DNA of 64,000 bases, taken from assembly GCA_012295275.1 (NCBI GenBank), contig CM022670.1:37076001-37140000 (forward strand), read 5' to 3'. A program made the position numbers and the translations under genes. Source of the DNA: Chrysomallon squamiferum. Lineage: Eukaryota; Animalia; Mollusca. Shown in pieces: positions 14,177-27,100 of this stretch. The notes under the pieces were generated by a model. It saw only the letters and a program-made list of their open reading frames with translations, ran no database searches and had not been told where the DNA came from. Within the stretch, counting starts at the first letter, position 1; every line of letters starts with the position of its first letter.

Positions 14177-15058
14177 ATGGTATTACGTAATCTGGACATG
14201 ATGATCCGCGAACAAGGAATTACGGCAGTAATTGACCAGTATGCATCGTCTGCTAGCCTGAAGGATTTAGGTCTGGTTAAAGACGTATTAGGCAGCCTGG
14301 CAGAGTCCAAAATTATCGTGGACGCAATTCGATACGCATTCCAAAACCTGACTACCCCATCCCTGGTTGATTTCTGTATTATTGCTCTACAGATGACCAA
14401 TGATGTGAACGTACAGTATGGAATCGAGGAATGTTTCATGGAATTCAGTACCCAAAGTCTTGAAACATATTGTGTTCTTTTGGAGAAAGGGATGCACTTA
14501 GCTGAACTTTGGCCGTTATGGACACATTCCCTAATCATGCCTCAAGGGGAGAAACATATTTTTGACGCAATGATTCTACGGAGAGAAGCCTGCAATGTAA
14601 TGGTTGTCCATCATTTCCTGACAGGCAAAAAACACAAGGACGCATACAAGATTTTGATAGCCACAATACAAGCATGTAATGGGTTGTCTTTTAGGGTTCT
14701 CCTTTACGTTATGCGGGAGTTCCCGCCAGATCCACTGAAGCAAACGCCATTCAGAATGATTTTCAGAACTCTCATTCTCGCAGGATACAAACCTGACCAA
14801 GATTTTGTTCTTGGCTTAAGTGGCGTAGGATATAAAAAGAGATACTTTGGGAACTTCAAACCTCTAGGCATTTGGTATCAAAATTATGTAAAATCTGTGA
14901 AATGTTTGCAACAACTGTGCCGAATCACTGTCAGAAAAATGTTTGTCTGTAATGTTTTTCACAGTGTTAGCAAACTGGAGATTCCAGAAAGAATTAAACA
15001 ATATATACTGCTAAAAGATTTTCATACTCAGTCAGTTATATATTCACAAAAGGATTAA
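14177..15058 (+). CDS. Uncharacterised SOCS-box protein (possibly degenerate ankyrin/ASB-like), 293 aa, single coding exon
   Basis: Long intact ORF in AT-rich DNA. The C-terminal VKCLQQLCRITVRK...VSKLEIPERIKQYIL fits a BC box plus cullin box. Acceptor tttcag at 14166-14171 just precedes the ATG. Candidate 5'UTR exons: one ending at 13051, and 13510-13546. Confidence 0.82.
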   Translation: MVLRNLDMMIREQGITAVIDQYASSASLKDLGLVKDVLGSLAESKIIVDAIRYAFQNLTTPSLVDFCIIALQMTNDVNVQYGIEECFMEFSTQSLETYCVLLEKGMHLAELWPLWTHSLIMPQGEKHIFDAMILRREACNVMVVHHFLTGKKHKDAYKILIATIQACNGLSFRVLLYVMREFPPDPLKQTPFRMIFRTLILAGYKPDQDFVLGLSGVGYKKRYFGNFKPLGIWYQNYVKSVKCLQQLCRITVRKMFVCNVFHSVSKLEIPERIKQYILLKDFHTQSVIYSQKD

Positions 15059-15256
15059 AGACTAATATTTTATAAATTTGTTCGTTATTAATTTCTTTCT
15101 CATCAAGTCTTTTCTTATAATGATATATAAGAATAAAAATATTAAGTACTAGAAGTTCAAAGAGGCATTAATTTTGGTTTTTGAATGGTTTTCATTAAAT
15201 TATTATTTATTTATTTATTTAATTTATACATACATATATATATACATATACATACG

Positions 15257-15288
<32 letters not shown>

Positions 15289-15837
15289 ATTAAAAAATAA
15301 TAATTACTTCAAAACTCCAAGTCCGAGTAACTCATACTCAGTCTTATAAGTTAATTACTATCGCACAGTATACGTTAAAAACTAGTAATTTATTTATTTA
15401 TTATTATATATATATAATTTCAAGTTATTATAAATGAAATGTTATTTCTCTAACACTAAAATTATAGTTCACATTCTTCTGAATATAATCAATGTTTTGA
15501 ACTATACAAATAATCCTTATTAATTTTAGTGCATATATCAGTTCATATATAATTTTAATACTTCCAGATTTACGTAATGTTATTTCCATTAAGCCAGAGG
15601 AGATTGTCAAATACTGCTATTTTACATCAGAAGACATACAAAATCTCTAACAAAACCCAGTAAATCATTGCAAATGACCGTATCTATGATTTTGTTTTTT
15701 TCCATTTCATCAAAATTACAGCCACTATAATATAATCAATAAAAGTTAAAAAAATTATGTTATTGGCACATTTATTATTAGCAAAGGTTAGTGAACTTCA
15801 ACAAATAAAATAATCATTGTACTTACTTATTCATACT

Positions 15838-16223
15838 TCATTGTAGGTGAACTTTATCAAATAGAAAACATAACACAGAATTCAACTTATTATTATTCTT
15901 TTTTAATAGCATCTTTTGGTCAAACATTAAACTTTCATCTTCAGTTTTTTCATGGTCATATCCAGCAGCTATTCCAAAAGTGCCTTCACTGGCTTTTTTC
16001 ACTGGAGTCTCTCCTAAATTTTGTTCTAGACCTTTCCAAGATCTACTTTCCAAGAATTCACCTGCCAATGCAAACAAGAATAAAATAATACTAATTACTC
16101 AATAATTTTCAATAAACTTAAGGGATATTTACAACATAACCTGCCCAGATTATAGATTTGACAACTAAATCAATATTCTATAAACATCTACACAGTTTCC
16201 ATTAATGAATTATTTGGTAAGGC

Positions 16224-16259
<36 letters not shown>

Positions 16260-19216
16260 ATACAATTGTAGTTTAACATGAGCTAATCAATTTTAGAATT
16301 ATTTTTTTATATATTAATTACTACAAATATTACTTGGCTTGTTTTATCTGAAAACTCTATGACCTGGAACTTAGACTTTGTAATTATAACCTAAAATGTT
16401 AAGATAAATAAAAATTAACCTGCAGTCTGAGCTTTTACTGTACTGACAGTGGTAGACTGGTTTCTTGGTGTAACTTCCATACTGATTTGTGGAATGTCTG
16501 AATGTCTTCCTAAATGTCTGATTTTGTTACTTATCAGTGAAACATCACCTTCACTTTCTTCATCACTGCCAGCAGATTTCAATTCAACAAAATCTAATGA
16601 ACCTGAAGAGGAAAGAAAAAACCAAAACCAAAAAAATTGTATATATTTTGAATTAAAATTAGGTATAGATAATACTAGTATACTGTAATTCAGTGGACAC
16701 CAAAATTTATTCGTTTTCAAATATGATATTTGTTTTGCTTTGCAGGTTAATTGTTTTTAAAATACAAACAATATGCTTAAAAGTTTGACCGGAAAATTAT
16801 GATGATAATGATGATAATAATATATGAATGGTGGTTTTCTCTTTCACTAACTCAGTTACTCATTCATACCACATAAAATTTATATATTTCATCTTTCTTA
16901 TTTATTATCTGTATATGTACCTTTTACAGTACAAAAATATACTTAACAATATTACAACCATAATTAATGTTTATAATACTTAATAAAATTATAGTAGTAT
17001 AAAGTTTGCATTCGTTTTTGACGTAGAAAAACTATATCCTGTATTAAACTATGGAAAGAAAAAAAATGATTTAAGAGAGAAAAAAAACTGGAAATAAATC
17101 TCACCAGGTAAAATGTCTTGAAAATCAGTTACATAGTTGCCTGTCCATTCTCTTGCCTTATTGCAAGCTATCTCCATTTCAAATGGTGTGACAACTGGTT
17201 TGTAAAATTCTGATGAATCAATTAATATGTTTTCAGAACACGCAACAAGAACAAAAACATCCACCTCTGGAAAATTGGCAAGCTTAGCGACATTCAGTTT
17301 GCCAACAACAAATGTATAGCTCTTCTTGCCTGCTGTCTTAATTAACAACTTGAGTCTGTCTATCACTTCTAAATAATTAGCAACACCCAACGTTCCTACG
17401 ACAATTCCTACAATGTTAGCGTCTTTTGCTTTTTCAACCATGTAGTATCGTTTCATCAGTGCTCTGTTAATGTTAAGGCTCTCTTTCCTAGCAACTGATG
17501 TTTCTGGATTGTAGCTGTAAAATGAACACTTGTTGAAGTTCATCATCAGATTTGTTAATGTTGGTGATTCTTTACCAATGTAAAATATTACATATGTATC
17601 TATTTTCTCTCCAGCTGGTAATGAAATTGTTCTACCACATCTCTTAATTATGTCTGCATCATTTATAATAATGATTTCACTTGACTGTGCTGGTACTGTT
17701 TCTTCTGGAACTAATGATGGTGACTGTAACTTTGACAATATCACAAATGGATATTTTTCAGAGAGTATTTCAAATAATTCACCTGTTGAAAAAAGATTAC
17801 TGATTATAATTATAATTATACACTATGAATTGATTATCGTATCTGTATAAAAATAAGAGATGCATAAAGGAAGAAATGAAAGAAACATACACACACTAAC
17901 TTAAATGAAAAATTTGAGAATATCTTTTTAATTATATTTACTAGTTACCGTACAAATACAATAATTACTAGAAGTTTTACCAAAGATCTCAATTTATGCC
18001 CGCATTTCTCACATTAGTGATTAAAACATGAGCAGAATAATATTCATTAAAATGAAAAAACATAGTAATTACCTATTTTATATGCATACACAGTGTCATA
18101 CATCAAAATAACTTTCTGTTGTCTGCAGGGTAGCAACTCTTCGTATTTTACTGCACACTCATCCACATTAAATGTTTTTTGACCAAACACATAGAGAACT
18201 GGCAGCCTGCAGACAGGACTGAGACAAGCTGGTCCATAATGTATAATACAATCTGCTGAGTTGTGTTCTGCTGCTATCTCATCCACACAGCAACTTAAAA
18301 CAACAACAGTTCAGCAAAACACATGATTCTGATTTAAATGGTTATGGTGTTAGGACTGATCTCCCATATCAAACAGTTTTACAATGTTTATGTGATTCTT
18401 ATTATAATTTCAGAGACTTTGATAGATTACTTACATACAGCAACAGAAAATAAACTGTGAAGTTATAAAAAAGGATTCTGGTTTAAACTGGATAGACCAA
18501 CCATATAAATACAATTTTACAATGTACATGTACATAACTCTAGGTTTTGATAAAATACTGACAGAGAAACAATACCTTCCATATGAAGTATCACCAAGAA
18601 TGAAAAAAGAAGCATCACATTTCTTTTCCAGTTGGCCAGCAACCGACACTGAATCTACCAGGAACTCATCAGGAAACTGAAGAGCCACCTGGAATCAGCA
18701 TTTTAATAAATAATGTTAGTATGACTGTTTAATGACAGGTCAAAAGATACCATCCTTTCATTCATTACTCTTTTATGATTAACATTGAAAACTTTCATAA
18801 ATGTGTTTTCTCACAGACAGGAAAGAATAAACTAATAATAAAAACCTCTGATAATGATTATCAGGCACTGGCTCGAGCAGAAAATAACTCACCAGGTAAG
18901 CATGTATATATGGTACACCAGACCTGCACAATAAATGTAAAACTAAAAAATTTGTTTTTGCTAATATAGTTATACTCTAATTCCAATGCCTTTAATAAAT
19001 ACTTTTACTGGAGAAATAATATCTGGTATGGTACATTTTTTATAAATTAAATTATATAGATTATACCCGCTTGTATCTGCCTTGTTCTATCCACTTCAAA
19101 CATCTTTCTATTTCATAGACTGTATCTAGTTCACCTTCTGCAGTTTTGTTGATATGAGAAACATTTATCCTTCTATCAGCTATATTATCCCCAGAATAAA
19201 ATGCTGATGTAGACAT
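15838..19216 (-). CDS. DPH2: Diphthamide biosynthesis protein 2 (2-(3-amino-3-carboxypropyl)histidine synthase subunit 2), ~522 aa
   Basis: Exons 19216-19067, 18688-18576, 18293-18073, 17782-17105, 16602-16420, 16061-15838. Motifs: [89 protein letters not shown]. An acceptor at 19229-19230 implies a non-coding upstream exon. Confidence 0.96.
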
Positions 19217-19276
19217 GATATTGATGAACTGGAATAGAAAAGATATATATATATAATCAGATGTGTTAATTGTATA

Positions 19277-19391
19277 TATCACTATCAGTCCATGGCATAT
19301 GCCCGTTTTTGTAACTAAAATAGTTCTTTCTATCACTATCAGTCCATGGCATATGCCAGTTTTTGTAACTGAAATAGTTCTTTCTATCACT
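19277..19391. repeat. 54-bp tandem duplication (2.1 copies) upstream of the DPH2 first coding exon
   Basis: tatcactatcagtccatggcatatgcc.gtttttgtaact.aaatagttctttc starts at 19277 and 19331, with a partial copy at 19385; 2 mismatches. Confidence 0.92.
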
Positions 19392-19911
19392 TACACTTGT
19401 ATCAGTCTTAACCGTTAGTTACGGCAAGTTGAAGTTGAACCGTTCCCACATTTCATTTTGTTTATACATTATACACGATTGGTAATAAGTTGTTTCTTTG
19501 TTCAGTTTCTGATTTTTCAATTTTATTTATACCACTTTTATTACCAGTTATTGTTAATACTAGTTATAATTTAAAAGTAGTTATACTTTATTAATAATAT
19601 TATGTTTATTATTTTATACTATCAATATTATTACTACTTTTATCAGATCTAGGAACAAAGAAATAAAAATAAAAATGGTAGCTAATATTATTACTGAATC
19701 AAACTTCAAACGATAAACCCAATTTACATGGTTAGCGAAATGTAAATAAGGCTCGAGCGATTTATTTAAATTTACTTTACAAACTCATCGTTACTTCTTA
19801 ATCACATATACATGTGAGTTACTACAATTGTCTCCCCTGCCGGAAATAATAACTGGAAACATTCGATTCATCGATAAGATTTACGCTGTATATAATATTA
19901 ATCAATAATGG

Positions 19912-19914
<3 letters not shown>

Positions 19915-19961
<47 letters not shown>
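19915..19961. repeat. (CA)n microsatellite between the divergent DPH2 and SMC2 genes
   Basis: Pure CA run. Confidence 0.95.
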
Positions 19962-19965
<4 letters not shown>

Positions 19966-20469
19966 CAAAATAGCAGTTTTTAAACATTGAAAGAAAATCT
20001 TCATTCAAATCGTTGGTATAACTATATCATATGGTTTCATAACTGCTACTGTTTTTATTATATAATATTAATAAAAATGTATAAACAGAGATGTGAGACA
20101 TTCAAATAAATAAATAAAATAATTGATAAGAATTTCTGCCCAACTTATAATAACAGTTTGAAAATGGTAATTTAAAATTAATATGATGGTGTTAGGATAC
20201 TTTTTGGACGTGCAGTGAGTTGAATCTATTTACGTGGTAACTCGATAATTTCTAATGGTTTATACTTTATTTCAGCTTGAGTTATGATAATATTGTTTTG
20301 ACGTAAATGAAAAAAAAAAAAAAGAAGAAGAAGAAAAAAAAAAGCCACTTCCGACAGTATATCCCATTTAATTTAGAAAATATTAAAAAGAAAATATAAA
20401 TGTATAATTGTATTGTCTCTGAATATGAATATTGCTAGAATAAGCGAATCAAATGAAATCTGTGTTTTG

Positions 20470-20586
20470 ATGTTTGCACATGCGCAATTGAACTGTTATG
20501 TTTTGGGCGCCAGTTTCAACCTAGAAATGAAAACAGGATTAAACCGTCCACTTTTTGTTCATGTTGATAACTGATTAACTTGAATT
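20470..20586 (+). promoter_or_regulatory. SMC2 proximal promoter with E2F-like and NRF1-like sites
   Basis: GCACATGCGCA (~20476-20486), TTTTGGGCGCCA (20501-20512) and CHR-like CTTGAA (20579-20584), all just upstream of the ATG; consistent with a cell-cycle gene. Confidence 0.5.
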
Positions 20587-23500
20587 ATGTATATAAAATC
20601 TATCACTATCGATGGCTTTAAGTCATATGCTCATCGAACAGAGATTGCCGGCTTCGATCCACTGTTTAATGCTATAACGGGATTAAACGGAAGTGGCAAA
20701 TCCAATATTCTTGATTCAATTTGTTTCTTGTTGGGAATTACTAATCTGACACATGTAAGAAACTTTGATATATTAATATATATAAATTTAATAAAATGTA
20801 TTATGTTCAGTAATTTATATATTTTTTTTAAATATTAGTATTAGTAGTTATATGAATAAATGTATTGGTATAGTCACATTGATTGAACGATTGATACGCC
20901 TGCATTTGATAAACAGATTGAGATTCTTCATAATCATAATGATCATTCAGTCAGTCACATTAATAACATTCAGTGTATGCAATAAATGCCAAATTATGCA
21001 AATGAATGTAACTGAATGTAATTTTATATTATAAAATTGTATTACTAATTACTTACTAATGTACTTTTACTGTTGATATTGATATTCAATCATGTTTTAC
21101 GTTTAGGTACGAGCAAGCAACTTACAAGATTTGGTGTATAAAAGTGGCCAAGCAGGTGTCACTAAAGCAACTGTCAGCATCACTTTTGATAATCTGGATA
21201 AAAAGCAAAGTCCTCTTGGATATGAACAGTATGATGAATTCACTGTCACGAGACAGGTATTACAACAAAAACGTCACAAAGCATTGTAATTTTGCAAAAT
21301 ATGAAATAAAAGCTGTTTTCTGTTTATTTAATTTTTTTTTTATATTAGATTATTAAATTTGAGAGAGTTGAAATACATATGTGAAAAACCCACCCTTATA
21401 ATATTTGACTGTCTATCAATTTAATAATTATTTATAAGTGTTTTTCTTCTGAGTTAATTGTAAGTCAGATCAATCTATTGTCACATATGCTTCGTATATA
21501 TGTGAATGATATATAATAATATATGTTTTATTAAGATATAAGAACAAAACCAACACTATATTTTTGAATAAAACTCTGAAAAGGCATTTCTTATCAAGTA
21601 ATGCTTACTGATTTTTATTCTTGTTAACAATCTTTTATATCAAATTTATACAAAATTATTCATTTTTAATTAATTAGTTTATTTATTTTTTAACTTAACA
21701 TTTTATGAAAATATAATTCTTTCATAATAATTTTTTTTTTTTTTTTTTCGCAGGTTGTTATTGGAGGTCGAAACAAATACCTCATCAATGGCAGCAATGC
21801 AAACAACACAAGAGTGCAAGATTTGTTCAGATCCGTACACCTCAATGTCAATAACCCACATTTCCTTATAATGCAGGGACGGATAACTAAAGTGTTAAAT
21901 ATGAAGCCACCAGAGGTAAACAGTTTAGAAAGAAATATAATATATTGTTTAAAAAAAATGTTTTATTATCATTTACACACAAAATATAACAACAGTTCCT
22001 GGTTAACTGTATCTTTTTACTTTTTTAATTGATAAGATTTAAATCAGTTTAACTGTTTTTAATAAGAATGTATTATAATTTACATCTATGGATTAATATG
22101 TATGTTATGTCAAATTATTATCTTTGTGAAGATTTAAATTGTAGGTCACTTGTTTTGGTGTTAAAATAAACTTATTTTCATTAATTATAAAGAAAATAAT
22201 ACCAGTAATGAAACACTGTTTTGGAATTGTATTAATAATGAGGTTTTTTAACAGATTTTGTCGATGATTGAAGAGGCAGCTGGCACTCGCCTGTACGAAA
22301 CAAAGAAAGAAGCTGCTCAGAAGACTATTGAGAAAAAGGATGCAAAATTAAGAACAATTGATACTGTACGTTTTTATTATTGAAATGTTGTAGTAACATT
22401 ACATAAATTTAAAAAAAAAAAAAAAAATAATTTTTTTTTTTTACTGGCATAAGAAATAATATTAATCATATGCCTAAACTCATTTCATATATATAGCTCA
22501 CTGTTTTAAAATATTTCAAAGTTAGATTTATTATTTGGACGTATTGTGCTTTATTATTAATTTTAATCCTTTTCTTTCTAAATAAAACTTAAAAGCAATA
22601 TTATTCCAAAATCCCATTTTTTTTTTTTTTTTTTTTTAATTTTACCTTCAAAGTATCAAAATTAAATGTAAGACATGTTGTTTGAAAATAAATGCTTTTC
22701 TAAAACTAAAATGTCTATTCACAGGTTCTGCAGGAAGATATTACTCCCACTCTGACAAAACTGAAGGATGAACGTTCATCATTCTTGGAATACCAGAAAA
22801 TCATCCGAGAACTGGAACACCTTAACAAGCTGTACATTGCTTATCAGTTTGTGTGTGCTGAGGTAACAACTTTGATGTCAATTTAAGTAATATAAATATA
22901 CTTTTTTTTACTGAATGATACATACGACAAATTATATAGGTTGCTAGTATATAATATGGATGGAGCATAATTTTGAATCCAGTTAACTTATAAATTAAAT
23001 ATAATGATATATGTATTTATGGTCACATGAATTAAATATATTTATTTTGCATCTTTTCTGGATTATCTTGATTTTTTACTTAGTATAATGATTTTTGTGT
23101 TTTTTGAATTTATTTATATTTTTATTAAATTTTGAAACAAATTTATGAAACTCAAATTTGTTTCAAAACTACTTTCATGTATTGCTAAAGTAGATGTCTG
23201 ATGGTATTTTGTTTTTACCAATAAATATAATTTAGGAGAAAAAGAAAAAATCTGCAGGAGAACTGGCTGAGATGGAAAATAATGTGAAAGCTTTAAAGGA
23301 CAAAATTGCTGAGGTGAGTCATTGCAACTGTTTTATGAAATATTTTCTCTTTGTCTTTCAGTTGTCCTTTGTTTTAAATTGTAATGATATTCATAGTTTA
23401 AAAAGTTTTCATGTTTGTCAACAAACAGTGCTGTTGACATACAAAAATGATAATTGTTATAGTTGACAAATGTATATAATACTAAACATTTTATTTTTAT

Positions 23501-23714
23501 AAAGGTTTTATTTATAAAATCTCTTTTTGTATGAGATGAAATAGGAATTGTAAGAGTCCTTGACATTATTATTTTTATATTTATCATTATTTTACGATTT
23601 TTCTTTAAACTTTCAGGATGAAAATAGAATTAAAGAAATTGGAGTAGTCATTGCAGATTTGGAGAAACAAAGAGATGAAGTACGTACTGGTGTTTAAGTT
23701 TCCTAATAATTGTT

Positions 23715-23748
<34 letters not shown>

Positions 23749-24040
23749 CAAAAATTGTATAAGTAACTAATAACAAAACATAAAATTGTTATTCTCTTAT
23801 TATGATTATTGTTAAAAACTATTAGCATGTTCCTGTTCATATGTTCTTAATCAGAATTTAAACATATACAGAGACACATTTTTATATACATAATAACATC
23901 ATATTAAATGCAAAACATCCATAAAAATTAAAAAGATGTGTACCCACACCCACAAATATATATATTATATTATATATAATAATAATAATAATATATTAGA
24001 TGCAGAACATCTGTAAAGTTTTCAAATATATATACATAGA

Positions 24041-24100
<60 letters not shown>

Positions 24101-27100
24101 TATCTATTTCTATCTATCTGTCTATCTATCTAACTATATATATCTATGTATATATTTAATCTTTTATACATTTTTTATGGATGTTTTGCATTTATGTGAT
24201 GTTATTTTATTTTTCTTCTGATGAAAAGAAGGTTGTTAACTGCGTTGTTGTTTCAGGAATCGGGAAGTGTGATGACAAAACTGGAATCTGACCTGGCTGA
24301 CAAGAAGACGTTGGACGCCAAAGCTCAGAGTGCCATTGACGGCAAGAAAGAGAGTCTGAAGACAGAAGAGAAGAAACACAAAGAACTCACCAAGAACTGT
24401 GAGGAGGTATGATAACTAAGAATGTTACTAATAACATCATGACTGTTACAGATAGAGTTTATTCCTTTGGTGGTACACACAAATGAAAATAACTATATTT
24501 GTTTTTATGTAATACAGTTTTTCATTTTTCTTTTAACACTGAAATAAGAAAGTTGCAGTGAGATAGACATTTTACTTTTATTCATGATATCACTGATTAC
24601 AAAACTGTGTAGATTAATTTTTAAATGCAACAGTGTCAAAATTTTCCAGGATGACATCAAAGTTTTTATTTATAATTTGACTGTCTGTCTATTTTTATAT
24701 TATTTTTTATTGGGTTGAAAGAAAAATCCGTAGCATCTGAGTACATCATTTCATTTCACTTGTGATTGAAATATTCAGAAAGAAGTGGCTGAATAAATCT
24801 GTGCACAAATACCTAAATACTCTCTTTGAATTTCACTCATAAAATGCTAAGCAGTTTTGTTCCAACCCAACCCAATACTATTTAAACGTACTGACATCTG
24901 GAATAATGGTGTTCTGTTTAAGAACAAGAAAATGGTTAACACACGGGAGAAGGACATGGAGAAGGTGAACAAGGAACTGGAGATGTTGCGACAGCAGAGT
25001 GAGATGGATCAAGAAGCCTGTCAAGCAGCTCAGAAACATTTCCACGCTGTCAGCGCTGGTCTCTCCAGTAATGCTGATGGTGAAGATGCTACACTCAATG
25101 ACCAGCTTATTAGTACGTATAATACCGAACTTAAAAACATTTTGCACAAAAGTGTGCAATTTTATGAAAAAGTACATTATGCATTACTTCCCTAGCAACA
25201 AATAATATTTGACATGGAAACACATGTCGGGAATGCAATGGAATGGTCACTGTCCATCAATGCCAACTTTTCCGGTTTATGACTTTGGCAGACCACGCCT
25301 TCCCTAGATATGTGTTGCTGTGGCAACATTGCATAATTCTCTTTTTGCATATGCACCTAGAGACTGTTTCATATACAGCTGATCTGAAAAAAGGGCTTGA
25401 ATTGATATGATTTCTTTCTTTTTGGGATTGAAGGCCATAATTTACGCATGCCCAGAGATGTTAATTGAAGACTGTGTATATTAATTATTGCATCAGGTTG
25501 TATAAAAATAAAAAGCTTTTTGGGACAAAAAAAGTAGTGAATTACTTCAGCCAGTGTTTAAATTAAAATCAAATTTGTAGACTTAAAGCTCAAATATTAT
25601 TTATAATACTAAATGTAATTTTTAATATTTTTTCTTCAGCTGCCAAGGATGAAATCAGTAATGCCGAAACTGAAATAAAACAGTCACAGATGCGGTGAGT
25701 TTTTGTTTTGAAGAGATTATGATTATCTTTCATTTTTTGTGGGATTATTGCACACACATCTTTTTAATAACCTATGATATAAAAGCTTGACCCCTTTTTG
25801 TTTGTTTTAAATTATATTCCTGCAGACATTATTTGTTTGTTGTTTAGACAAAAGAAACTTCTGGCATTGTTACGGTTTTATGTGATGTAAAGTAATGATT
25901 AGTACTTTACTTTGTTTACAAAATGATTATCTTTTATTGCACACTTATAATTTATATTAAATTTTAATTTTATACATTATTTATTATGATTTATATTACA
26001 AACAGAAAAGAATTTAACTACAGTTCATGAAGTAGTTTATTTGGGAATTATTTTACTTATTTTTTAACAGTTTGAAAAATGCTGAGAAGGAGATAAAGAA
26101 GAAGCAGTCAGATTTAAAAAAGACTGAACAAGACTACAAGAAAGACCAGTCAGTTTATGAAACACTGATGAAAAGTGTGAAAAAAATTGAGGTACATTAA
26201 TTATTGTATTTTAATATGTGTTTAAAATTTCAAATAATTTAAGTTTTATTTTAAATGCTTACATACTCAATAATACCTATACAAAACACATATTCTGTTA
26301 CAAACAAGATACACCCAACTCAAAACCCAACTCGATTCTTATTTCCAAAAATTAATTAGTTTGTTGCCTACTTCGTAACATTTTTGATTCCTCAGTTATA
26401 TAAATACATATTGTTCACTGGTATTTAAGTCTTAGAATTAAAATATTTTTTAAAAATATTAAGGCTGAGCTGAAAAATCTTGGATATGAGGAAGGCAAAG
26501 ATGAGAAACTTGTTGCAGAGAAAAGGAGTCTGAGTCAGAGTGTGCACAGTCTGCAGGAAAAACTTGAAATGCTGGAAGCCAGGTTTGAAACTTTATTCAT
26601 TCTTAGACTTGCAGTACACTGTTACTGCTTTATTTCTCAAATTCCAAAATACAAACAAGTTGTCTGAGACATTCAGTAACCAGAAATGGATTTAAAAGAA
26701 CAAATGGATACAGATAACTGCACGTATTTATCTTAATCAGAATGACACACTGAATAAATAGGAATTCTTATCTGTGTTTACTGTGCTGTTTTAATAATGA
26801 GTGATTTATTATTAGAGATTTAAGACTTAATTTAAAAAAAAAAAAAAAAAAGACATTTAATCACTTAATTAAGAGTCAGATTTAAATTTTTACCTGTAAA
26901 TTTTTATGTTATTATTTTATTTTATTTACGTCTACAACTTCACTAACTTTCTAACCAAGCATGACATTAAGGAGGGGATAAATTAAAAAAAAAAAAAAAA
27001 ACCCTCACAACTTGTTCCTGAATGTAAATATTTAAAAATTTAATAATACATTTACATAGGTTTCCTCAGCTCAACTTCCAGTACAAAGATCCTGAGAAGA

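Noticed and set aside
14131-14800. Antisense ORFs of 135 aa and 74 aa
   Set aside because: Shadows of the SOCS-box CDS with no motifs
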